NCBI GenBank assembly: GCA_903850275.1
Contig: CAINLH010000108.1
Location: 1-26,492 of the forward strand
Direction: 5' to 3'
DNA from: an uncultured Acidimicrobium sp.
GTDB lineage: Bacteria; Actinomycetota; Acidimicrobiia; Acidimicrobiales; Ilumatobacteraceae
Length of the DNA: 26,492 bases
Part shown: positions 8,508 through 18,402 of the stretch, piece after piece
Position numbering within the stretch: the stretch's first letter is position 1
How the letters are laid out: each line of letters opens with the position of its first letter
The notes under the pieces: model-generated
Databases searched by the model: none
What the model saw: the letters and a program-made list of their open reading frames with translations, nothing else
What the model was told of the DNA's origin: nothing
Position numbers and translations under genes: made by a program

Positions 8508-10343
8508 CTAGTCAAGCATTGACATATCGATGAGCACTCCGCGGCCCTCACACGCCGCGCAGGCCTCGGCGAAATTCGTCAATAAGCCTTCGCCAATACG
8601 TTTGCGGGTCATTTCGACCAGACCAAGCTCGGAAATGTCGAACACCTGGGTGCGCGTCTTGTCCCGCGATAGTGCGCTCTTGAAGGCTTCAAGCACTTTG
8701 CGGCGATTTTCGCGTATCTCCATGTCGATGAAGTCGATGACGATGATTCCGCCGATATCTCGAAGGCGCAACTGGCGTGCAATTTCTTCTGCGGCCTCGA
8801 GATTGTTGTGGAACACCGTCTCTTCGAGGTTCGATTTACCGACATTCTTTCCCGTATTGACGTCGATCACGCTAAGCGCTTCGGTGTGCTCGATAATCAA
8901 TGAACCACCGCTCGGTAGCCAAACCTTTTTGTCCAGAGCCTTGCGCAACTGTTCGTGTACGCGATACTGCTCGAACAATGGCAGGCCTTCTTTGGCGGCA
9001 TCAAACAGCTCCACGCGATCGGCGAACTCTGGGTTGAACGCAGAGATGTAGTCGCGCACCTCGGCATACAACTGTGGATCGTCGATAACGATGCCGCGGT
9101 AGTCACTGCTGAACTCTTCACGAATAACGCGTACAGCCAATGGAGGTTCGCGATACAACAACGATGGAGTTGAAGCCTTCTCTGCCTGTTTGCGAATTGA
9201 ATCCCACTGCTCAATCAGTCGTGTGAGGTCTGTGGTGAGTTCGTGCTCGGTTGCATTTTCTGCCGCAGTTCGAACAATGATTCCGTGCTGTTCTGGCTTG
9301 ATGCGATCGAGAATGCCGCGCAAACGACGACGCTCGCCTTCTGGAAGTCGTTTGGAAATACCGTACGTGCGCGAATCGGGAATAAGCACAACGAATCGAC
9401 CCGGCAGCGAAACTTCCTGCGTTAGGCGGCCTCCTTTGGCGCCGATCGGATTCTTTGTCACTTGACACAAAATCATCTGGCGCGCCTTTAACACCTGCTC
9501 GATTCGCGGGTCTGGGCCCTGCTCGACAACGTCTTCTTTATCGAACTGCACGTCGCCCCGATACAGCACGGCATTCTTTTGCGTACCAATGTCGACGAAC
9601 GCTGCTTCCATGCCTGGGAGAACGTTTTGTACTCGGCCCAAATAAATGTTGCCGTGAATCTGCAAATCATCATCGGCTGGGCGTGAAACATAATGTTCGA
9701 TCAGGCTGCGACCTTCGAGCACCGCAACCTGAGTGAGATCGCCGCTCACCTGCACGCACATGAGGTAGCGACCAACGGCTTTACCGTTGCGCTCCTTGCC
9801 GCGTCGACGTTCGATCAATTCGGCGTCGGTGCCGACAACAGTGTTTGATGCATCGTCGCCGCGCTGCGATCGCCCGCGGCGGTTGCGTCCACCGCGCTTG
9901 CCGCCACGACGGTTTTTGCTCCGTGGTTTGTCTTCGGAACCTTCACCGCGCTGGCTGTTTGCTGAGCCAACTGCAGGCTTAGCGGCAGCGGAAACGGCGG
10001 CCGGGGCTGGACGGGTGTCTCCAATTTGAGGCTTGCGAACAAGTGCATCATTGACCGCCTCGGGGCTGGCCATCTTGCCTTCGCGAGGAGGATCCGGAAG
10101 CTCCACTTCCGGAGTTGCTGGCTTTGGCGCCCTTGCTACGCGCGGCGCAGCTTGAGTCGAATCGGCGTTAGTCGCGGCTGGGTTGGTGCCACCAGTGCGT
10201 GTGCGATTGCGGTTGCGCCCACCTCGGCGACCACGACGACGCTTCTTTGGCCCACCTGGAACTTGGGCGCCATTTTGCTGCTCGCCAGACGCCGCACCTG
10301 TTGGCTGCTCGGGGACAGAAGCCCCTGCGCTCATTTCACTCAT
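8508..10343 (-). CDS. rne: Ribonuclease E/G family with N-terminal disordered Arg-rich region
   Basis: S1 region GNIYLGRVQNVLPGMEAAFVDIG, IDVNTG, QLRLRDIGGIIVIDFIDM, GLVEMTRKR, Zn-link CAAC. Confidence 0.95.
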   Translation of the reverse strand: MSEMSAGASVPEQPTGAASGEQQNGAQVPGGPKKRRRGRRGGRNRNRTRTGGTNPAATNADSTQAAPRVARAPKPATPEVELPDPPREGKMASPEAVNDALVRKPQIGDTRPAPAAVSAAAKPAVGSANSQRGEGSEDKPRSKNRRGGKRGGRNRRGRSQRGDDASNTVVGTDAELIERRRGKERNGKAVGRYLMCVQVSGDLTQVAVLEGRSLIEHYVSRPADDDLQIHGNIYLGRVQNVLPGMEAAFVDIGTQKNAVLYRGDVQFDKEDVVEQGPDPRIEQVLKARQMILCQVTKNPIGAKGGRLTQEVSLPGRFVVLIPDSRTYGISKRLPEGERRRLRGILDRIKPEQHGIIVRTAAENATEHELTTDLTRLIEQWDSIRKQAEKASTPSLLYREPPLAVRVIREEFSSDYRGIVIDDPQLYAEVRDYISAFNPEFADRVELFDAAKEGLPLFEQYRVHEQLRKALDKKVWLPSGGSLIIEHTEALSVIDVNTGKNVGKSNLEETVFHNNLEAAEEIARQLRLRDIGGIIVIDFIDMEIRENRRKVLEAFKSALSRDKTRTQVFDISELGLVEMTRKRIGEGLLTNFAEACAACEGRGVLIDMSMLD

Positions 10344-10503
10344 GTTGCTTGCTCGTTTCCTTACTTGGATAGCGCATCCGAGGCGGCAAAGCTGCCCACC
10401 ACATGCACTATCGTCGCGGTCCAGCGCTACCGGCGACAGGTTTCCCCGCTGCCCGAATCGCTATCGCGTGTACGACCTTTGGAGGGGCCCAATGCCCTTC
10501 CTG
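10344..10503 (-). promoter_or_regulatory. Putative structured 5' leader of rne
   Basis: TATCCT -10-like box at 10515-10510; hand-folded hairpins at 10481-10501 and 10415-10468 (GAAA-capped). Not computed. Confidence 0.4.
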
Positions 10504-10567
10504 GTTCTCAGGATATCCCCCTGCTCCTAGAGGAACTCGGCTTTATTGGCAGTTTTTGCGGCGGCCC

Positions 10568-11752
10568 TTATTGCAGGCGGCGCATATGGATGCTCTGGAC
10601 CAGTCCGAACAACACCGCGGTGGACACCAAGTGAGAGCCCCCATAGGAGATGAAGGGCAATGGAAGGCCACTTACTGGGGTGACCCCCAACGTCATACCG
10701 ATGTTCTGGAAGACCTGCCACACCACCATCGTGAATACACCCGTGGCCAAAAAGAACCCGTAACGGTCTCGGGCCATCCGTGCGATGCGCCATATTCGCC
10801 ACAAGATGATGCAAAACAGCGCAATGACGACGCCGCCGCCAATCATTCCGAATTGTTCTCCGATAGCAGAAAATGGGAAGTCGGTGAATTGCACCGGAAT
10901 GTACTTTCCGTTAGTAAGCGGCCCGTTGAGATAGCCCTTGCCAAAGACCCCACCTGTCGATACGGCACGTTTGGCGAAACGAACCTGCAACACGATTTGT
11001 TCCAAATCTTTGTCAAACGAGTTTTGATTAAACCATGCATCAAATCGGCGCAACTGATACCGCAGGCTTGGCACTGCAACAATCGATGCGGCAACCGACC
11101 CAACCGACATCGCTGCAATCAATAGCAAATATCTTCGGCGCGCTTGACCTACGTACAACACGCCCGCAACACCGGCCAAGATAACCGAGGCTGAACCGAG
11201 GTCGGGCTGCAACAAAATCAGTGCACACGGAGCCAACACCATGTACAGGGACATAACAAAGTGATGCCAATCAATTCCGTCAATCGCAGATTCGCTGAGA
11301 TAGCTGGCAATCAAAACCAATATGAGGGGTTTCGCGAATTCGGCAGGCTGCAGCGCAATTGGTCCTAGGTCGAAAGCAAGTCGTGCTCCACCAGTTACGG
11401 CTCCAGTTGCGAGCACCAAAATCAACAGAACAATTACTCCGCCGTACAACACGCCACTTTGTGTTCGAAACCAATCGTGACCGAGCGCCATGACGATTGA
11501 AAGAACAGCGATTCCCGCAATAACAAAAAGCACCTGTCGTTGCGTGTACACATACGGATCAAACCGCTGGTCGATCAAGCGCAAATGGGTTGCAGAAAAT
11601 ACGGTAAATAAACCAATCACAGCCTGGATGGCCATAGCCGACATCAAAATCCAGTCGATGTTGCGAACTGGGTCGGCATAACTATTGTTCAGCCCTGCGT
11701 TAGCGGCGCGCGGTTTTTTAAAAGCCCGCAGTACGGAATCAGTTATTTTCAT
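10568..11752 (-). CDS. rodA: Peptidoglycan glycosyltransferase RodA (SEDS)
   Basis: LQPAEFAK, LQPDLGS, TDFPFSAIGEQFG, GLPLPFISYGGS; start overlaps mrdA stop (TAATG). Confidence 0.95.
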   Translation of the reverse strand: MKITDSVLRAFKKPRAANAGLNNSYADPVRNIDWILMSAMAIQAVIGLFTVFSATHLRLIDQRFDPYVYTQRQVLFVIAGIAVLSIVMALGHDWFRTQSGVLYGGVIVLLILVLATGAVTGGARLAFDLGPIALQPAEFAKPLILVLIASYLSESAIDGIDWHHFVMSLYMVLAPCALILLQPDLGSASVILAGVAGVLYVGQARRRYLLLIAAMSVGSVAASIVAVPSLRYQLRRFDAWFNQNSFDKDLEQIVLQVRFAKRAVSTGGVFGKGYLNGPLTNGKYIPVQFTDFPFSAIGEQFGMIGGGVVIALFCIILWRIWRIARMARDRYGFFLATGVFTMVVWQVFQNIGMTLGVTPVSGLPLPFISYGGSHLVSTAVLFGLVQSIHMRRLQ

Positions 11753-13923
11753 TAGTCGCGATTATCCGATCGGCCGCCCGACAAACATGTTGGGTTACGC
11801 AAATATGTCGGCGGTGCCGCAACGCTGCTGTTGATATTCAATGGGTCTGCGACCACGACTGGATCAACTTTGTACTTTCCAGACATGGCCATGAAAATAC
11901 ATTTCACTACTGGTGCTGCAGCCTGCGAGCCATATCCGGCTTTCTCTAAATAGGCGAATGCCGAGTATGGCTGGTTTGGGTCGAGGCTGAATGCTCCGAA
12001 AGCAGACGAGTCGTTCCACGGCAAGTTGCCAAGCCCCTGAGCCGTTCCGGTTTTCCCAGCAATGGGAAGCACGCCGTATGGGTATCCCTTGAACAACAGT
12101 TCACCAGTTGTCTTATGGTACGTCCCGTAGTTCACGCCAGGGCCTGTGATCACTCTGGCTAATCCATCCACAATCGGCTTCAAACGGTCGCCCGACATGT
12201 CAAGCGTTCTAATTGGTTCGCGGTCATCAAATCGTTCAACGACAGCCGACTGCGACATGTTGGCGATGCCAGGTGCACTGTCGGGGGTGCCGGGCTCTAG
12301 AACTGTTTTCACCAAGTGGGGCTGCAACACTTTGCCGCCATTTCCTAATACCCCATAGGCGCTGGCAACCTGAATCGGAGTTGCAGAAAGTAAACCTTGG
12401 CCGATTGAAAACAGAATTTGATCTCCAACGTAATAAGCCCTGCCGGACTCCTCCGATATCGCTCCAATATCGGCCATTCGCTTTTTTAAGGCTTTACTGG
12501 GGATTGTGCCCGCGTACTCGTACGGCAAGTCAATGTTCGTTGGCGAACCAAAACCAAATAGCCGAACCTGTTCTTCCAGAATTGGCTTGTACCCACGTTC
12601 CGTCAAAATCTGTTCACCAATTTTGTAAAAGAACGAGTCGCTCGAAACAGCAAGTGCATCGTCGACTGCAACCGGCCCGTATCGGCAAGGGGCGCCCGTC
12701 GAGCGACAAACCGCGTTACGGAAAACGCATTTCACTCCGTCTTGGCACCGGTCTTTTGGAATACTTTCAAGTGTGTACGTGCCGTTGTCGACGTACGTGT
12801 AAGAGGATCCGCCCGGCAACTGACCGGTATTGAGTGCTGCATAGGCAATAAACGGTTTAAATGATGAACCCAAGTTGTACCGACCGGACACAGCACGATT
12901 GACAAGTATCGACAAGTCTGGGTCTTCGGTTTGCGGGAAAATTTCGGCAAATTTTTCTTTGGTGATTCCAGCATTAAACCATCGCGCATCGAAACGCGGA
13001 TATGAGGCCATGGCAATTACCTGGCCCGTGTCGTGGTTCATTAACACCACCGACCCTGCCGGCGCTTTGTACAGCACGGGGTCGGGAAAGAGTGGGTCAA
13101 TCGTGCCATCTTCTAAACGAATATTTCCGGCCTCCACGCGGCGGCGCAGAACCAACTGGGTCTCTAATGCTTGCTCTGCAAATTGTTGAATCGTTATATC
13201 CAGCGATAATTCGAGATCGTTTCCAACGATCGGCTCGACGCGCTCGATCAAACGCAGTAATTTTCCTTGCGCATTCACTTCGTATCGAACGTACCCAGGC
13301 GTGCCACGAAGAATTTGCTCGTAGGACTGCTCCAGGCCATAACCGCCGACGCGTTCATTCGGGTCGTAATCAATCGAACGGTAGTAGGCAAGGTTCTTCT
13401 CGGAGATAGCGCCCATGTAACCAATGACGTGACTACCAATTGCACCGTAGGGGTAATTGCGCTTCCACTCTTCGCGCACGTACATGCCCGGATAATCCTC
13501 CGACCGCTCTCTAAGAAACAGCGCAACTTCTTCCGAAATATCTTCTTTCAGCGGCAACGCTTCAAGCGGCCCAAACCGTTTGTCCTCGTACCGCTTGAAC
13601 AACGTCTCGACTGGCATTTGCAATGGGCCCGAAAGTCGTCGGAACATCTCTAAGCGATCCTCTGGATCTTTAATTACTTCGCGGTCGATCGTTGCAGTCA
13701 AGATGCGCTTGTTGTCGGCAACAACTCGACCTTTCGCGTCGATGATTCGACCGCGTTCTGGAAGCAAGCGAATGGTTCTGGTGCGCACCGCAACGACTAT
13801 TTCTTCGTTCTCTTCGGCTTTAATCGCCTGCAAGAACCACATGCGCGTGGACAAGCCGGTCATCAGAACCACTGCGGTGATTGCCAGCGACATCAAGCGC
13901 TTGGACTGATTATTGGCTGTCAT
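11752..13923 (-). CDS. mrdA: Penicillin-binding protein 2 (class B transpeptidase)
   Basis: N-terminal TM, PERGRIID, SxxK (SSFK), SxD (SSD), KTG (GKTGTAQ); lies between mreD and rodA. Confidence 0.95.
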   Translation of the reverse strand: MTANNQSKRLMSLAITAVVLMTGLSTRMWFLQAIKAEENEEIVVAVRTRTIRLLPERGRIIDAKGRVVADNKRILTATIDREVIKDPEDRLEMFRRLSGPLQMPVETLFKRYEDKRFGPLEALPLKEDISEEVALFLRERSEDYPGMYVREEWKRNYPYGAIGSHVIGYMGAISEKNLAYYRSIDYDPNERVGGYGLEQSYEQILRGTPGYVRYEVNAQGKLLRLIERVEPIVGNDLELSLDITIQQFAEQALETQLVLRRRVEAGNIRLEDGTIDPLFPDPVLYKAPAGSVVLMNHDTGQVIAMASYPRFDARWFNAGITKEKFAEIFPQTEDPDLSILVNRAVSGRYNLGSSFKPFIAYAALNTGQLPGGSSYTYVDNGTYTLESIPKDRCQDGVKCVFRNAVCRSTGAPCRYGPVAVDDALAVSSDSFFYKIGEQILTERGYKPILEEQVRLFGFGSPTNIDLPYEYAGTIPSKALKKRMADIGAISEESGRAYYVGDQILFSIGQGLLSATPIQVASAYGVLGNGGKVLQPHLVKTVLEPGTPDSAPGIANMSQSAVVERFDDREPIRTLDMSGDRLKPIVDGLARVITGPGVNYGTYHKTTGELLFKGYPYGVLPIAGKTGTAQGLGNLPWNDSSAFGAFSLDPNQPYSAFAYLEKAGYGSQAAAPVVKCIFMAMSGKYKVDPVVVADPLNINSSVAAPPTYLRNPTCLSGGRSDNRD

Positions 13924-13929
13924 CAGTGT

Positions 13930-14448
13930 TTAACCAATCATCGATTGCTTGAGCGTCCAGCGAATCAGGGGCATGACAATTGGAGCCAGAAATAAATTGA
14001 TAAGAGCAACGACGAGTGCGACGACAAACATGCGTGGCTGAACCCAGCCGCCTAGGCCGGTCATGCCTTGAGCCACGGGAAACAACATCTCTCCAATTGC
14101 GCTGAACAGTGCAATAACAATGGCGCGGTTCCACCAGCTTGGCTCACGCACAAAGAATGGCAACAGGCCCGCGCCGAAACTCACTCCTCCAACCACTAAA
14201 GAAGTAAGCCCTAGTGGCGTGGTTAATACACAGTCGTACATCAACCCAACAATGAGCCCCGAAAGAGCACCAACTTCTGGCCCATAAATTGCGCCAGCGG
14301 TGACGCCGATCAACAACATCAGTTGCACCATCACCCCAAACGGTCGCATTTCGCTCAAAACAGTTGTTTGGATTCCCAAAAAGATGAGCCCAACTAACAC
14401 AAGCCTTGTCCACCTGCTTGCCATAACGCGCAGAAACCGAAGACTCAT
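13930..14448 (-). CDS. mreD: Rod shape-determining protein MreD
   Basis: 172-aa hydrophobic protein with GLMYD motif, between mreC and mrdA; overlaps mreC stop. Confidence 0.85.
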   Translation of the reverse strand: MSLRFLRVMASRWTRLVLVGLIFLGIQTTVLSEMRPFGVMVQLMLLIGVTAGAIYGPEVGALSGLIVGLMYDCVLTTPLGLTSLVVGGVSFGAGLLPFFVREPSWWNRAIVIALFSAIGEMLFPVAQGMTGLGGWVQPRMFVVALVVALINLFLAPIVMPLIRWTLKQSMIG

Positions 14449-15506
14449 GGTGCTTGCTGCTCGGTTATCGGCTGGTACAACAAAATGCGAACAAACGACA
14501 AGTTGCTGAGGTCTGCGACTAAGCCAATTTCCAACACTGGCCCAGCCGTACCCAGCCGCTTATTAACTCGGGTCACAGTTCCAACAACGATGTCTGGTGG
14601 AGCCAAACTGAGCGAACCGCCCGCCGAAACAATTGGAGAACCCAACTGAATTTCTCCGAACCGCTGTTCGGTATCGATGAACCGAACAATCGGCGTTCGT
14701 GATGGCCCACGCCCTTCCAACACTCCTGTTTCGCGAACTGCTAGCGAACTGCCCGCCGGAATGGTGAGCGAAGGAACTGCCACTGCTGCATTCGGCGCAG
14801 TGATGACTGCGGTAGGCACAGTAGAACCAGGGGTGAAACCCGGGATTTTGCTGGTTGTCGCAACGGGAACCGTAGTGATCGGAACCGTAGTGGTGGTTTC
14901 AATCAAGGCTGCCTCTGGGTCTGCGACAGTGGATGCTGTCGTCTTTGGTGTATTCACCACCTTCACCGAAAGCGCATATTCTGGGTCGGTAATCAACATG
15001 ATCACAGCGCGGTTTGCAAATACTTTTGTTATCTTGCCAACTAAACCTGCAGCATTAAGCACCGGCATACCAACTTTGATGCCACTCTCGCTTCCTTGGT
15101 TGATTTCAACGCTCTGAGCAAAGTTCGACGGCGAGTCTCCAATCACCTGGGCGCTCACCGAATTGATGCCGGCCAACGTGGGCAAACCATTCAGTGCCAA
15201 CAACTCCTGCGACAGACGCACGGATGCAGCAGCGGCCACCGATGCTCCCTCTTGCTGCGCAATCTTTTCTCGCAGCAATCTGTTCTCAGCAGTTACATCG
15301 TTGTAGTTGGTGATTCCGTTCCATGCATTTGAAACTGGCCTTGTGACCACCCTGGCCACACCCTCAACAGGCCGAAAAAAGACGCCAAAAACTGCTCGTA
15401 CGGCCGAGGTCGAACCGCTTTGCTGCAAGTCGAGCGTGACAAGGATGATTGACGTCAAGGCCAAAAGCGCAATGGCTCTGCGACGTTGTGGTGAAATCAC
15501 TGCCAC
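14445..15506 (-). CDS. mreC: Rod shape-determining protein MreC
   Basis: N-terminal TM, coiled coil (ENRLLREK), INQGSESGIKVGMPV..AAGLVGKI, LSNLSFVRIL; carries a low-complexity insert. Confidence 0.93.
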   Translation of the reverse strand: MAVISPQRRRAIALLALTSIILVTLDLQQSGSTSAVRAVFGVFFRPVEGVARVVTRPVSNAWNGITNYNDVTAENRLLREKIAQQEGASVAAAASVRLSQELLALNGLPTLAGINSVSAQVIGDSPSNFAQSVEINQGSESGIKVGMPVLNAAGLVGKITKVFANRAVIMLITDPEYALSVKVVNTPKTTASTVADPEAALIETTTTVPITTVPVATTSKIPGFTPGSTVPTAVITAPNAAVAVPSLTIPAGSSLAVRETGVLEGRGPSRTPIVRFIDTEQRFGEIQLGSPIVSAGGSLSLAPPDIVVGTVTRVNKRLGTAGPVLEIGLVADLSNLSFVRILLYQPITEQQAP

Positions 15507-15524
15507 GACAAAACCTTCGTCGGC

Positions 15525-16559
15525 CTACTCAAAGTAGGACTGCGACGTCAGACCTTTCATTGCCTCGATGTTGTCGAGTGTTAAGCCGCAACCAAGCACC
15601 ACCGAATACAAAGGCTCTGGTGCGAGATATGCATGAATGCCGGTTTCGTGTGTGACGCGCTCGGGCAACCCAGCAAGAAGCGCGCCACCGCCAGAGAGCA
15701 CGAGGCCTTGGCTAATAATGTCTGCGGCAAGTTCGGGTGGCGTGCGCTCGAGGGTGGTTTTAATGGCTTCAACAATTGTTCCTACGGACGCATCAAGCGC
15801 CGCACGAACCTCTTCGCTAGTGACTACCTGTGTGCGCGGCAGACCAGTGACAATGTCGCGACCACCCACATCGGCCGTGAGTTCCTCTTCAAGAGGCCAG
15901 GCAGACCCAAGTTGCAACTTCACTTCTTCCGCCGTGTTTTCCCCAACATCGAGTGAAAACTCGGTTCTAAACATCTCTTGGATTGCCTCGTTCAGTTCGT
16001 CGCCCGCAACACGAGCCGAATGAGCAGTAACAATTCCGCCCATTGAGATAACCGCAACTTCAGTGGTGCCACCACCGATGTCGACAATGAGGTTTGCACT
16101 TGGTAAGTGCACGGGAAGACCAGCACCGATGGCTGCGGCCATTGGTTCTTCAATGATGTAGACAGGCCTACGTGCTCCCGCGAACTCGGCCGCGTCTTGA
16201 ACCGCGCGACGCTCGACGCCTGTAATTTCTGACGGCACGCAAATAATCATTCGCGGTTTGTTCCAACGGCTCGTGTGCACCTTTTGAATAAAGAACCGAA
16301 GCATTTTCTCGCAGACATCAAAGTCGGCGATTACACCGTCTTTCAGTGGGCGAACGAGGCGAATGTTTTGCGGAGCCCTACCCCACATACGTTTCGCCTC
16401 AAACCCAACTGCGACCAATTGCCCGGTTTTGTTGTCGACTGCGACGGTTGACGGCTCGTTGAGCACAACGCCTTCGCCCTTAACGAACACCAAAGTATTG
16501 GCGGTGCCAAGGTCGATCGCGATATCGCGCCCTAACGAAAGTGAGCCTCCACCTGCCAT
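15525..16559 (-). CDS. mreB: Actin-like protein MreB
   Basis: DLGTANT, EEPMAAAIGAG, DIGGGTTE, GGGALL; AAGGAG upstream of ATG. Confidence 0.97.
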   Translation of the reverse strand: MAGGGSLSLGRDIAIDLGTANTLVFVKGEGVVLNEPSTVAVDNKTGQLVAVGFEAKRMWGRAPQNIRLVRPLKDGVIADFDVCEKMLRFFIQKVHTSRWNKPRMIICVPSEITGVERRAVQDAAEFAGARRPVYIIEEPMAAAIGAGLPVHLPSANLIVDIGGGTTEVAVISMGGIVTAHSARVAGDELNEAIQEMFRTEFSLDVGENTAEEVKLQLGSAWPLEEELTADVGGRDIVTGLPRTQVVTSEEVRAALDASVGTIVEAIKTTLERTPPELAADIISQGLVLSGGGALLAGLPERVTHETGIHAYLAPEPLYSVVLGCGLTLDNIEAMKGLTSQSYFE

Positions 16560-16622
16560 CTAACTGGTCTCCTTGTGTTTGTAATTCAACATGCCGAGAT
16601 GAGCACAGCAAATGCCATAAAT

Positions 16623-16628
16623 ATCCTA
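16623..16628 (-). promoter_or_regulatory. Putative -10 box (TAGGAT) for the mreB operon
   Basis: GG-TAGGAT in the ndk-mreB gap about 60 nt upstream of mreB; no clear -35. Confidence 0.35.
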
Positions 16629-16640
16629 CCGATCAAGCCT

Positions 16641-16659
16641 CAGCCGAAGTGGGCGGCTG
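16641..16659 (-). terminator. Possible hairpin after ndk
   Basis: CAGCCG-7nt-CGGCTG inverted repeat; no U tract, so weak. Confidence 0.25.
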
Positions 16660-16679
16660 CACCAATACGCAGTGCTGGC

Positions 16680-17090
16680 CTATAAATGAGGGAAGAAAAT
16701 ACCAATTTCTCGAGCCGCAGATGCTGCAGAGTCGCTGCCATGTACAAGATTCTCGGTGAACAATGTTCCGTAGTCGCCGCGGATGGTTCCGGGTGCTGCG
16801 GCACGTGGATTGGTTGCGCCCATCATCGAACGAACGATTTCCCATGTGTCTTCTGGGCCTTCGACAACAAGTGCGGCAACTGGGCCACGCGACATGAATG
16901 CAACAAGCTCGGCGTAGAAACCTTTGCCCTTATGTTCTTCGTAGTGGCGCTCAAGAATTGCAGCGTCGAGCGTACGGAGTTCGAGTGCGACGATCTTGAG
17001 ACCTTTCGTCTCAAAACGCGAAAGAATTGCGCCAACGAGTTGACGTTCTACTGCATCAGGCTTCAACAGGACAAGGGTGCGATTGCTCAT
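16680..17090 (-). CDS. ndk: Nucleoside diphosphate kinase
   Basis: [29 protein letters not shown] catalytic His motif. Confidence 0.98.
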   Translation of the reverse strand: MSNRTLVLLKPDAVERQLVGAILSRFETKGLKIVALELRTLDAAILERHYEEHKGKGFYAELVAFMSRGPVAALVVEGPEDTWEIVRSMMGATNPRAAAPGTIRGDYGTLFTENLVHGSDSAASAAREIGIFFPHL

Positions 17091-17092
17091 GG

Positions 17093-18385
17093 CTACAGGA
17101 TACGGCGCAAGAGCGTTCGCGCACTACCTACTACGTATAACGAGCCCGCAACCAAAACCGCGTCTTCTTCCGTAGCCATATTCAATGCTTTCTCGCAGGC
17201 ATGATCGACGGTGTCGCAGATCACAACTTCGTCACATCCCATTCGACGAGCCACATCCCCAAGTTCGCCTGCGGAAAGCCCGCGAGCGGTTGGTGCCGTA
17301 CAACAAATCACGGCATCAAACTCGTCCACGCGAAGTGCGGAAAGCAACTGCTCCGGGTCTCGTCCTTTCAACGTTCCTACAACGAGAATGCGTTTGCCCT
17401 CCGGGCTGAAATCGTCAAAGAACACTTCCGCACAGACATCGGCCCCCGCTGGGTTGTGTGCGCCGTCAACGATGACGAGCGGCTGCCGACCCAGCACTTC
17501 GAACCTGCCAGGCATCAATACCGAGGCCAAGCCCTCCCGCACTATTTCGATGTTGAGCGCAGCATCAAAAAACTCTTCTACTGCTGCAAGCGCGATCGAA
17601 GCGTTGCTTCCTTGATGTATGCCATGCAGCGGCAAATGTATGTCGCTGTAACTGGCCCGTGAAGTACGGACACTGAGTGAACGCCCGCCTACAGCCAACT
17701 GATTTTCATTAAGTTCGAAATCTTCGCCCCGACGAATCAATTTTGCATGGAGAGACTCGTTCCAGATTGGAAACAGCTCGGGATTCTCGTCACCTATCAC
17801 AAGCGAACTGTTGGCTTTTGAAATACCAACTTTCTCGTGCGCGATGTGCTGAAGCGTTGGGCCCGCAAACTCCATGTGATCGAGCGCAATATTGGTGATT
17901 ACCGCTACGTCGGATTTGACAACGTTTGTGGCATCCCAACGACCGAGCATGCCAACTTCGATTACAGCGACGTCAACGGCGCTGTCTGCAAAGTAACGAA
18001 AGGCTGCGGCAGTCATGATGTCGAAATATGAAGGTCGCACTCCAGCAAGAACTTCGATATCGGCAATAGCGGCTACGCAGTCTGCAAATTCCTGCTGGTC
18101 AATTTGCTCGCCATCGCGAGTGATGCGCTCAGTTAAAGACTCCAAGTGAGGACTTGTATATGTGCCGACCTGCAGGCCGTGCGCCATCAGCAGTTTGGTG
18201 ATGATCTGAGTTGTCGAACCCTTGCCATTGGTGCCGGTCACGTGGATAACCGGATAGTTCAGTTGTGGATTGGCCATCAAATCCATGAACCTGGAAATGT
18301 TGTCGAGTGAAGGCGACTCGACCCTTCCAGTCTTTTCGTAACTGGCATGTTCGTCGAGATAGCGAAGCGCCTCCTCGTAATTCAT
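17093..18385 (-). CDS. folC: Folylpolyglutamate synthase/dihydrofolate synthase
   Basis: [47 protein letters not shown]. Confidence 0.96.
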   Translation of the reverse strand: MNYEEALRYLDEHASYEKTGRVESPSLDNISRFMDLMANPQLNYPVIHVTGTNGKGSTTQIITKLLMAHGLQVGTYTSPHLESLTERITRDGEQIDQQEFADCVAAIADIEVLAGVRPSYFDIMTAAAFRYFADSAVDVAVIEVGMLGRWDATNVVKSDVAVITNIALDHMEFAGPTLQHIAHEKVGISKANSSLVIGDENPELFPIWNESLHAKLIRRGEDFELNENQLAVGGRSLSVRTSRASYSDIHLPLHGIHQGSNASIALAAVEEFFDAALNIEIVREGLASVLMPGRFEVLGRQPLVIVDGAHNPAGADVCAEVFFDDFSPEGKRILVVGTLKGRDPEQLLSALRVDEFDAVICCTAPTARGLSAGELGDVARRMGCDEVVICDTVDHACEKALNMATEEDAVLVAGSLYVVGSARTLLRRIL

Positions 18386-18402
18386 GTGAACGAGGCTACG
18401 GG

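Noticed and set aside
10403-11125. 240-aa plus-strand ORF spanning the rodA-rne gap
   Set aside because: Mostly antisense to rodA, with Arg/Pro/His-rich composition typical of off-frame translation.
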